A stretch of DNA of 32,000 nucleotides from Delftia acidovorans NBRC 14950 (GTDB taxonomy: Bacteria > Pseudomonadota > Gammaproteobacteria > Burkholderiales > Burkholderiaceae_C). The stretch covers positions 10,911 to 42,910 of the forward strand of contig NZ_BCZP01000034.1 of the NCBI RefSeq assembly GCF_001598795.1, given 5' to 3'. Positions 1 to 6,950 of this stretch are shown here, one piece after another (the first letter of the stretch is position 1; the number at the start of each line of letters is the position of its first letter). The notes beneath the pieces were generated by a model. The model was given only the letters and a program-made list of their open reading frames with translations. It ran no database searches and was not told the origin of the DNA. The position numbers were made by a program, and so were the translations under genes.

Positions 1-2
1 CC

Positions 3-230
3 GATGCCGTGCAGCAGCGCGTGCAGGAGATAGACGAACAGATCGCCGCGCTGCAGGCCCAGCGCGCCCAGGCCCTGGACTATGTGCAGTGGCTGCGCGC
101 CCGCCAGGCCGAGCGGGATCTGGCGCAAACGGCACCGACCCCAGCCAGCGCCCCCGACAAACCCGCCGCGCCCTGGCCGCGCGTGCGCCGTGCCGCTTCA
201 CCCACCACGAAGGAGACAAGCCATGACTGA
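3..230 (+). CDS. 3' end of a CDS that begins upstream of the window; coiled-coil-like Q/A/R-rich segment followed by a Pro/Ala-rich tail; function unknown
   Basis: Frame 3 is open from base 3 (DAVQQRVQEIDEQIAALQAQRAQALDYVQWLRARQ...). Third codon positions are almost all G/C, as in neighbouring genes. The TGA at 228-230 overlaps the next start (ATG 223) by 8 nt. The M at position 9 in the ORF track is an internal GTG. Confidence 0.5.
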   Translation, partial: DAVQQRVQEIDEQIAALQAQRAQALDYVQWLRARQAERDLAQTAPTPASAPDKPAAPWPRVRRAASPTTKETSHD

Positions 231-678
231 GCCGATCACGCACCCCACCCCATCCACCCAGGCGCTGCAGAACGCTGTGCTGGCCATGCCCATGGCGCGC
301 ACCCTGGGCCTGCGCTTCGTGCGGGCCGAGCCCGGCGCCACCGAGCTGGAGATGCCCATTGCCGATGCCCTGTGCTTTCAGCCGGGCCAGTTGCAGGCCA
401 CGGCGATCTTTGCGCTGGGCGACTTTGCGGCGGTGTCGGCCGCAGGCTCTGTGCTACCGCCAGGCTGGGCCAATGCCACGGTGGACGGCAGCGTGAAGCT
501 CTTCGCCCCCGCACGCGGCACCCACCTGCGGGCGCGCGGCCGCGTGGTGGATGCCGGCCGCGTGCTCAGCATCTGCGCAGCCGACCTGTACGCGGTGGCC
601 GAGGATGGTCATGAAACGCATTGCGCGACCTGGCTGGGCACGGCGCGCAATCTGGAGCCGAGGCCCGTGCGGGCCTGA
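223..678 (+). CDS. Hotdog-fold (PaaI/thioesterase-superfamily-like) protein, 151 aa
   Basis: ATG at 223 is preceded by AAGGAGA (210-216). Size and sequence pattern (MTEPITHP...LGLRFVRAEPGATELEMPI...LQATAIFALGDFAAVSAAG...VKLFAPARGTHLRARGRVVDAGR) recall PaaI-type hotdog thioesterases. The upstream part of ORF 82..678 looks non-coding. Confidence 0.55.
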   Translation: MTEPITHPTPSTQALQNAVLAMPMARTLGLRFVRAEPGATELEMPIADALCFQPGQLQATAIFALGDFAAVSAAGSVLPPGWANATVDGSVKLFAPARGTHLRARGRVVDAGRVLSICAADLYAVAEDGHETHCATWLGTARNLEPRPVRA

Positions 679-715
679 GAACGTTCCCCCGGCCTCCCCA
701 CCCCGTATGCCAGCG

Positions 716-784
716 CCTGCGTCGTGGCGGTTGCGGGGCTGCGAGGTTGTCGAAGGGCAGACGACCTCGCCAAGGCCACCACGG
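716..784. repeat. REP-like structured repeat, copy 1: 23-nt arm CCTGCGTCGTGGCGGTTGCGGGG plus an inner hairpin
   Basis: 716-738 is identical to 31790-31812. The inner hairpin is GCGAGGTTGTC-gaagggca-GACGACCTCGC (741-770, one G.T pair). It is followed by CCACCACGG, which resembles the 3' arm of the copy at 31909-31933. Confidence 0.6.
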
Positions 785-2086
785 CTACAAGCTTTCCTTC
801 AAGCCAATCTTCTCTTCAGATAGAGACTCTCGCCTATTGTGAATAAGCAATACCAACATCACACAGGACACGAGAGAAGAAAACGAGAAAATATAGTTGA
901 TCATGGAATAACTGGAGCCATGGAAGCCCAATGACATTGGAGCAAAAAATATCACTGCATAAATAGTCCAAAAAATCATTCTTGACGACCAATAAAGACC
1001 TAGCCCACCAGAAATTGCTGCCGCATAGAAGAACACCACATCCGTAACTCCTTTGCACAACAAGGAAAGGAAACCTTCCTCGACAATTTGAGAACCATTC
1101 GCTTCTGATATTTCATAGAACAGCATGAATACAGACAATGCAACAACTGGAATAATGGCACAAAAAATCATCAATGACGATGAATCTCTAATGAACTGAA
1201 ATTGCACTGCCCATTTTCCACGATTTTTGGATATCTCGATTGCCAGAAGAGCACATACTCCCATGGCAGGCAGTTCTGCCAACAGCAATATGGCAGAAGC
1301 TTGAGATTGAATTGCAGAATACATTGCACCCAGCCCTGCAACAGACATTGACAATATATAAAGCAGATATTTCCCAAAGAACGCATTGGCATAGCCAGGG
1401 ATAAAAACGGAAAATATTCTTCTGCCAGGCAAAACCCGAAAATTGAATGAAAATCTGAATTGACAGTATTTCCGCATCAAAGCATATGCGGCAACGGAAA
1501 AGATGATGTCACTGAACAGATAGGCCAGAGCGACAGAATCATCGCTCATCCACTTATTCTTCCCAAGCAGCACCAGCACAACAATCACACAGGCTGCGTG
1601 GAAAAAAACCTGCCACATTCTGAATTTTGCAACGGTGGCAGTATGTGATCTTGACTCAAGAACGCAGCTACATACATTGATGATTCCGAAGAATGGAATA
1701 CACAGAATTATCAATCTTGCCTGCGATACGGCCCCATCCAACAGTTCCTCTGGCAAACCGGATATCAGGGTTTTCGAGATAACAGGAAGCCAATACACCA
1801 GAATAAAACAAAACCCGGTGTATAGGAGGACCAGCCAAAACAGCAAACTGATGAGTGAGTCTGACTGCTCCTTATCTTTGCTGGCAGCCATTTCCGAAAA
1901 GAAGATGGCGCCAATACTCGCTGGAAATACAAAGAAAAGTGATGCAAAGGAAAGGGCTATGCTGAATTGGGCAACGAGAGTCGAGCTATAAAAACTAATG
2001 GCAAAAATGGTGACCATGGAGGCAAGCGGTGGGGCGGCGCGTCCAACTGCAAGATCAAATACCCGCTTTGCATCACCAGGCCTCAT
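785..2086 (-). CDS. Polytopic membrane protein, divergent MATE/MOP-superfamily-like (efflux transporter or flippase), 433 aa, low-GC gene
   Basis: Continuous 433-aa ORF rich in F/I/L/S with about 11-12 hydrophobic segments. Both halves carry MATE-like repeats (FAISFYSSTLVAQFSIALSFASLFFVFPASIGAIFFSEMAAS and VAGLGAMYSAIQSQASAILLLAELPAMGVCALLAIEISKNRG). A strong SD GGAGGA (2096-2101, minus strand) lies 9 nt before ATG 2086. G+C is about 33-47% in hand-counted lines versus about 65% in flanking DNA. Confidence 0.6.
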   Translation of the reverse strand: MRPGDAKRVFDLAVGRAAPPLASMVTIFAISFYSSTLVAQFSIALSFASLFFVFPASIGAIFFSEMAASKDKEQSDSLISLLFWLVLLYTGFCFILVYWLPVISKTLISGLPEELLDGAVSQARLIILCIPFFGIINVCSCVLESRSHTATVAKFRMWQVFFHAACVIVVLVLLGKNKWMSDDSVALAYLFSDIIFSVAAYALMRKYCQFRFSFNFRVLPGRRIFSVFIPGYANAFFGKYLLYILSMSVAGLGAMYSAIQSQASAILLLAELPAMGVCALLAIEISKNRGKWAVQFQFIRDSSSLMIFCAIIPVVALSVFMLFYEISEANGSQIVEEGFLSLLCKGVTDVVFFYAAAISGGLGLYWSSRMIFWTIYAVIFFAPMSLGFHGSSYSMINYIFSFSSLVSCVMLVLLIHNRRESLSEEKIGLKESL

Positions 2087-2314
2087 ACCTATCCATCCTC
2101 CGCAGAATCAAAATCCATGATATATGACTCGAATTCTTTGAAATGAAGATCCTGGGCTATCTTTGATAGAGCCATTCATTTTATTTGTCCTCCACCCCTC
2201 TCACCCCGGAATATGGACCACCATAACAATGGTGGCCAAATATATTGGTGCAATCCTCGAAATACATCTGGATGCAGCAATAGAATAATCTTTTAATCCG
2301 ATATGAACAAATCA

Positions 2315-2343
2315 ATCATTCATTGCAAAAATGCATGATGCAA
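2315..2343 (-). promoter_or_regulatory. Candidate sigma70-type promoter for the islet transcript (-35 TTGCAT, 17-nt spacer, -10 AATGAT)
   Basis: On the minus strand: TTGCAT (2343-2338), 17 nt, AATGAT (2320-2315). It sits in AT-rich non-coding DNA upstream of the mini-ORFs and the MATE-like gene. This is a motif match only. Confidence 0.25.
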
Positions 2344-2451
2344 TCGGACTGATCTGAAAATCTTGATGCACAGCCTGGGCTGCACCAGCGCCTAAATGGA
2401 ATTCGCAGTCTGCCAACCCTGCTTTTACAGCGGCGGCTCATATGCATGCCA

Positions 2452-2518
2452 CTGCGCTGTGGCGATTGCATTGCAGTCCTGCCGAAGGACAGGACTGCCC
2501 CATTGCCTGACGCGGGTC
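2452..2518. repeat. REP-like structured repeat, copy 2 (inverted relative to the copy at the right window edge)
   Basis: Hairpin GCAGTCCTGCCGAAGGACAGGACTGC (2473-2498) is the exact reverse complement of 31883-31908. The extended match is TTGCAGTCCTGCCGAAGGACAGGACTGC. The flanking arms (CTGCGCTGTGGCGATTGCA ... CATTGCCTGACGCGGGTC) resemble the arms of the 31790-31933 copy at roughly 70%. Confidence 0.65.
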
Positions 2519-2541
2519 AAAAACAGACCCGGCCAGTCAAC

Positions 2542-3657
2542 TCACCCTCGCAGCTTCAACCGCCGCGCCTTCACCGCCGCAGCCAGCTGCTCCAGCACAG
2601 GCACGGTCTGCTCCAGGCTGATGCAGGCATCGGTCACGGACACGCCATGCGCCAGCGGCTGGCCGTCCACGATGTCCTGCCGCCCTTCCTGCAGGTGGCT
2701 TTCGATCATCAGCCCCGTGATGCGGGCATCGCCACCGGCGATCTGCTGGGCCACGTCGGCCGCCACGTCGATCTGGCGGCGGTGCTGCTTGCTGCTGTTG
2801 GCGTGGGAGACATCGATCATGACCTGCGGGCGCAGGCCTGCGCCTTCCAGCAGGGCGCAGGCGGCCTGCACATGCTCGGCGCCGTAGTTGGGCTGCTTGC
2901 CGCCGCGCAGGATGACGTGGCAGTCGCCATTGCCGCGGGTTTCGAAGATGGCGGACTGGCCCATCTTGGTCATGCCCATGAAGGCGTGGGGCGCGCTGGC
3001 CGCCTGGATGGCATCGCTGGCCACCTTGACGCCGCCGTCCGTGCCGTTCTTGAAGCCCACAGGGCAGGACAGGCCGCTGGCCAGCTGGCGGTGGCTCTGG
3101 CTTTCCGTGGTGCGCGCGCCGATGGCGCCCCAGCTGACCAGGTCGCTGATGAATTGCGGCGACAGCAGGTCCAGGAATTCCGTGCCCACGGGCAGACCCA
3201 GGGCCAGCACGTCCAGCAGCAGGGCGCGGGCCATTTCCAGGCCTTCGTTGATGGCGAAGCTGCCGTCCAGGTGCGGGTCGTTGATGTAGCCCTTCCAGCC
3301 CACGGTGGTGCGGGGCTTCTCGAAGTAGACGCGCATGACCACGAGCAGCTCGCCGGCCAGGGCGTCGGCCTGGGCCTTGAGCTGGCGCGCATAGTCCATG
3401 GCCTGGTCGTGGTCGTGGATGGAGCAGGGTCCGACGACGACGATGAGCCGGTCGTCCCGGCCCTGCAGCACGTCCGAGATGGCGGCGCGGCTGGTTTCCA
3501 CCAGTTGCTGCGCGGCTTCGGGCGCGGGCAGCCATTCCTGCAGCAGGGCCGGGGTGATCAGGGGGCGCACGGCCTTGATGCGCAGGTCGTCGATGCGGGT
3601 GGTGTCGTGCGTGCTCAGGGGCACGGCACTGCGTTGTACGTGGGTGGGGGTGGTCAT
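2542..3657 (-). CDS. aroG: 3-deoxy-7-phosphoheptulonate (DAHP) synthase, class I (AroF/G/H type), 371 aa
   Basis: Unmistakable class-I DAHP synthase sequence: IVVVGPCSIHD, VMRVYFEKPRTTVGWKGYINDP, GARTTESQSHRQLASGLSCPVGFKNGTDG, IDVSHANS. The start at MTTPTH (CAT 3655-3657) gives the normal length. The longer ORF to 4527 is an upstream read-through artefact. The isozyme (Phe/Tyr/Trp-sensitive) cannot be assigned. Confidence 0.93.
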   Translation of the reverse strand: MTTPTHVQRSAVPLSTHDTTRIDDLRIKAVRPLITPALLQEWLPAPEAAQQLVETSRAAISDVLQGRDDRLIVVVGPCSIHDHDQAMDYARQLKAQADALAGELLVVMRVYFEKPRTTVGWKGYINDPHLDGSFAINEGLEMARALLLDVLALGLPVGTEFLDLLSPQFISDLVSWGAIGARTTESQSHRQLASGLSCPVGFKNGTDGGVKVASDAIQAASAPHAFMGMTKMGQSAIFETRGNGDCHVILRGGKQPNYGAEHVQAACALLEGAGLRPQVMIDVSHANSSKQHRRQIDVAADVAQQIAGGDARITGLMIESHLQEGRQDIVDGQPLAHGVSVTDACISLEQTVPVLEQLAAAVKARRLKLRG

Positions 3658-3690
3658 GGCGCTATTGTCGCGCCTTGAGGTTTCCCGACC

Positions 3691-3717
3691 GGGGCGGGCA
3701 AGTGGCTTGCCCGCCCC
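3691..3717. other. Perfect 12-bp GC-rich hairpin between the EF-hand protein gene and aroG (possible U-tract-less terminator or mRNA stabiliser)
   Basis: GGGGCGGGCAAG-tgg-CTTGCCCGCCCC. No T-tract follows on either strand. Confidence 0.4.
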
Positions 3718-3728
3718 TTGGCATCGAC

Positions 3729-6047
3729 TTACTGAGCCGCCGCTGCAGGTGCCGGTGCAGGTGCAGGTGCAGGTGCCGGTGCCGGTGCCGGTGCTGGCGC
3801 AGGCGCAGGTGCGGACTCTGGCGCAGCCGGCACAGCGGCCGGTGCCGCGCCGTACTGCCAGCCGGCGGGCAGCAGGCCATCGACCCAGTGCAGGCGCCAG
3901 GCCATCAGCGCCAGCAAGGCCACCACGGCCAGCGCCACCAGGGTGTTGCGCAGGCCGTTGCCTTCCGCATAGGGATCGCCCGCCGTGCGCCGCGCGCCCA
4001 CCGGCACCTTGGCGGTCTGCGACAGGCTGCGGCCCAGCGGCAGGTTGATGCGCATGCGGCCGTTGATGGCCCAGCCGCTGGCGTCCAGGATGGGCCCCAG
4101 GCTGCGCTGGCGCAGCTTGAGCCAGGCAATCATCATGCTGGGCCCGGAGATGGCGGCAATGAGGCCGACCAGGGCCACGGGAATCCAGGGCCCCAGGTCG
4201 ATGAACTTGCCGAAGATGCCCACCAGCACGGCGCTGATGGAGCCCAGGGCCACGCCCAGGGCGGCCACGGTGCCCACATCGGTCTTGCGCGATGTGGCCG
4301 CAGCGGTGGCAGCCGTGGCGGCTGTGGCGTTGGCCGCAGCGGTGCCGGGCGCCGTGACCAGCTGGCCAGCCTGCGTGCCCAGGCTGGCGGTCACGCCCTC
4401 TTCCTTGGCCGAGGCGCGCTTGGCCACCTGTTCCTCCACCATGCGCAGGAATTTCTTGTAGGGCAGGAAGAAGGCCTGGCCGATGCTGGTGGGGTTCTCG
4501 ATGAGCTTGACGATGGTGGCGTCCCAATCGTTGCCCGCGCGGTCATAGAACACGCCGTTGCGGCCCACGAAGAGAAAGTCCACGTCGCCCGCCGTGAAGG
4601 CCGCGACGATGGCTTTCTTCTTGCCCTCGCGCCGCAGCTCGCAGTAGGCCAGGCAGGTCTTGGCACGGCCGGCCAGCGCGGCGTGGGCGGCGGTGTCGGC
4701 CACTTCCACAGTCAGGTCGCAGCTGCGCGCATCCAGGTAGAGCGTGCCGGCCTGGAAGGCCGCGCCCTCGCGCCGGTAGAAGCTGCTGAACGAGACAAAG
4801 TTGTTGAGCAGCACCAGCAGGTCGCGCTGCAGGCGGATGAGCTTTTCCAGCGCCACGGCCTGCAGGCTGTGTTCCTTCTCGGACTCGTCCTGGGCGATGA
4901 GGTCCAGCAGCGCCGCTTCCTGCCCGCCGTCCAGCAGCGCCTGCACCTCCTGTTGAGGCAGGGCATCGAGCGGCGTGGCGGGCCGGGCCGCCAGCCATTG
5001 GCGACAGGGCTGCAGGGCGGCCTTGACCTGCTCCCACTGCGCGGCGGTGATCTCCTGCAGGTCTTCGCCCAGCACGGGCTGCACGGCCTGCTCGCGCAGG
5101 GCCTGCAGCGCGGCGGCCCAGGCGGGGTTGACGCCCTGGGCCAGCGGCAGCGCGCGGTCGGCCGCCACGGCGGCCAGCGGCAGGGCGGCAATGGCTTGGG
5201 CGCCGCTGTCCAGCACCTCACGGCCCAGGGCGGCATAGCCTTCTATGGAGGGGTTGAGCGGGTCCTGCGCGCGCGTGTCGAAGGCGGCCAGCCGCGTGCG
5301 TGCGAAGAAGTCGTCCACCTTGGCCTGCACCGCGTCCACGGCGCGGGCGGCGGCCAGGGCCTGGTCGCGCTCGGCAATGCCGCAGCCCAGGGCCTCGGCG
5401 CCTGCATGCCAGTCGCGCAGGGAACGCAGGTCGGCATAGAAGGACTCGGCCTGCTTGCGTGCGATGCCGGCCACGCCATCGGCGCCCGCCGCCGTGCCAT
5501 AGGCCTTGCCGATGCGCTCGACCAGCGCGGCCAGCGCCTTGTCGTCCCCGGCGGTGGCGGGGCTGACGATGCCGTCGCCATTGAAGCGCATGGCCGCCAG
5601 GGAGGCCAGGCGCTCGCGCACCTGGGCCAGGCTCAGCGCGGCGCCGCCGGCCTGGCCGGACAGGGCCAGCATGCGCTCGGCCTCGGCGTGCAGCAGGGCG
5701 CCCTGCTCGCTGTCGCGCTCCAGGCTGGACAGTTGCAGCACGTCGCCGCCATCGGCCAGCACCTGGGGGTCACGCACGCGCGCCACGGCCCATTGGCAGG
5801 CGGCAATCAGTTCGGGCGGGCGGATGCGGCCGTCCTTGTCTTCGTCGATCAGGTCCAGCGTGTCGCTGTCGAACTCGATGCCGCGCGTGGGGCAGGCCAG
5901 GGCCACCCACAGCTTCTGGTCCAGCTCGCCGATGTGCGCAATGTCCTGCCCGGTGCGGATGACCACCTGGTCCACTCCACCGGCGCGAAAAAACTCCCAA
6001 GCATGTTGCTGCTGCATGAAATACCCAACGGCCGCTCTGGCCAACAT
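3729..6047 (-). CDS. Large protein of unknown function: N-terminal canonical EF-hand loop, long Ala/Leu-rich soluble region, three C-terminal TM helices, (Ala-Pro)n tail
   Basis: Uninterrupted 772-aa ORF with high GC3. Alternative start MQQQ at 6017. The EF loop DEDKDGRIRPPE (5811-5846) fits D-x-D-x-D-G-x-I-x-x-x-E. Hydrophobic helices: VAALGVALGSISAVLVGIFG, WIPVALVGLIAAISGPSMMIAWL, LVALAVVALLALMAW. The C-terminus is APAPAPAPAPAPAPAPAPAPAPAAAAQ. Confidence 0.75.
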   Translation of the reverse strand: MLARAAVGYFMQQQHAWEFFRAGGVDQVVIRTGQDIAHIGELDQKLWVALACPTRGIEFDSDTLDLIDEDKDGRIRPPELIAACQWAVARVRDPQVLADGGDVLQLSSLERDSEQGALLHAEAERMLALSGQAGGAALSLAQVRERLASLAAMRFNGDGIVSPATAGDDKALAALVERIGKAYGTAAGADGVAGIARKQAESFYADLRSLRDWHAGAEALGCGIAERDQALAAARAVDAVQAKVDDFFARTRLAAFDTRAQDPLNPSIEGYAALGREVLDSGAQAIAALPLAAVAADRALPLAQGVNPAWAAALQALREQAVQPVLGEDLQEITAAQWEQVKAALQPCRQWLAARPATPLDALPQQEVQALLDGGQEAALLDLIAQDESEKEHSLQAVALEKLIRLQRDLLVLLNNFVSFSSFYRREGAAFQAGTLYLDARSCDLTVEVADTAAHAALAGRAKTCLAYCELRREGKKKAIVAAFTAGDVDFLFVGRNGVFYDRAGNDWDATIVKLIENPTSIGQAFFLPYKKFLRMVEEQVAKRASAKEEGVTASLGTQAGQLVTAPGTAAANATAATAATAAATSRKTDVGTVAALGVALGSISAVLVGIFGKFIDLGPWIPVALVGLIAAISGPSMMIAWLKLRQRSLGPILDASGWAINGRMRINLPLGRSLSQTAKVPVGARRTAGDPYAEGNGLRNTLVALAVVALLALMAWRLHWVDGLLPAGWQYGAAPAAVPAAPESAPAPAPAPAPAPAPAPAPAPAPAAAAQ
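3747..3812. repeat. Hexanucleotide tandem repeat (about 11 units of AGGTGC/CGGTGC/AGGCGC) encoding the (Ala-Pro)n C-terminal tail
   Basis: Read directly: aggtgc cggtgc aggtgc aggtgc aggtgc cggtgc cggtgc cggtgc tggcgc aggcgc aggtgc. Confidence 0.9.
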
Positions 6048-6206
6048 TCAAAAAACGAAAACGAAAAACCGAAAAAGGGCCGCAGTTTAAAAGTCATTCG
6101 GCCTGCTCAATTGAAGACATTTGTCAACGATGGGCGTCAGCACAGGCTGTCAGGGCTGGCGCTTTGTGTGAAAATAAAAGCACTGAATAGATACTTTATT
6201 GTCTCC

Positions 6207-6950
6207 ATGCCCTCCAACTCCACCGCGTCGGCCCCTCAACAAGGCCGGGACAAGCTGCACCTGCAGCTGGCGCGGCTGTTCCGCAGCAAGGTGTCCACGG
6301 GCGCCTGGCCCGTAGGCAGCGCCATTCCCACGGTGCAGGAGCTGGAGGCGCTGCATGGCGTGTCGCGCACCACGGTGCGCATGGCGCTGGGCGCCCTGGT
6401 GGCAGAGGGCCTGCTGCTCACGCGCAAGCGCGGCGGCACGCGGGTGATTGCGGCGCCCTACAAGCCACCGTCCTTCCTGCTGCCCACCAGCTGGAAGGAG
6501 CTGGTGGCCTTTGGCGCCCACATCGGCCAGATCACCCTGCACACCGGGCGCGACTGCCTGCCGCCGATTCCCGAAGGCTTCCCCGACGTGGGCCGCATGG
6601 CCCCCGCCTACGTGCACCTGCTGCGCGTGTACGACCATGACGCGGCGCGGTTCTGCCTGTCGCAGCTGTACCTGGAGCAGGAACTGTTCCCCGAGATCGA
6701 GGCCCAGCTGGAGCGCAGCTCCCTGGCCGTGGCCCTGAGCAGCGACCCCTCGCGCATTGCCGTGGCGCGCCAGCACTTGAGCGTGGCGCCGGCCGACGAA
6801 CTGGCCGCCGAGCACCTGGGTGTGGCCCTGGGCACGCCGCTGATGCAGGCGCTGCGCTGGGCATGCAACGCCGACGGGCTGCTGATCTACTGGGCGCGGG
6901 TGCGCTTTCTCAGCGAGTACGTGCATATGGAAATGGATCTCCTGAAATGA
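6207..6950 (+). CDS. GntR-family transcriptional regulator, HutC/UTRA-type, 247 aa
   Basis: N-terminal winged HTH (LHLQLARLFRSKVSTGAWPVGSAIPTVQELEALHGVSRTTVRMALGALVAEGLLLTRKRGGTRV) plus a roughly 170-aa effector domain. The ATG at 6207 follows an AT-rich divergent promoter region. The stop overlaps the next gene's start (ATGA). Confidence 0.85.
   Translation: MPSNSTASAPQQGRDKLHLQLARLFRSKVSTGAWPVGSAIPTVQELEALHGVSRTTVRMALGALVAEGLLLTRKRGGTRVIAAPYKPPSFLLPTSWKELVAFGAHIGQITLHTGRDCLPPIPEGFPDVGRMAPAYVHLLRVYDHDAARFCLSQLYLEQELFPEIEAQLERSSLAVALSSDPSRIAVARQHLSVAPADELAAEHLGVALGTPLMQALRWACNADGLLIYWARVRFLSEYVHMEMDLLK

Noticed and set aside
785-2445. Islet as a classical mobile element (IS, transposon, integron cassette or prophage remnant)
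   Set aside because: I found no transposase or integrase ORF on either strand, no terminal inverted repeats, no flanking direct repeats and no attC-like site. Only compositional evidence of foreign origin remains, so it is reported as an islet rather than a mobile_element feature.
2396-3678. + strand ORFs 2396..2887 and 2446..3678 starting in the islet border
   Set aside because: They begin inside the REP-like repeat and then run antisense to the DAHP synthase gene. The shared peptide LQSCRRTGL also appears at 31398..31988 only because both translate the same hairpin.
3675-6950. 1091-aa ORF on the + strand spanning the EF-hand gene region and fused to the GntR gene
   Set aside because: Upstream of 6207 it is antisense to a well-supported minus-strand gene. 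Its translation is low-complexity (G/A/R/Q/H-rich) with no motifs. Long antisense ORFs are expected in DNA this GC-rich. Only the last 247 codons (GntR) look real.
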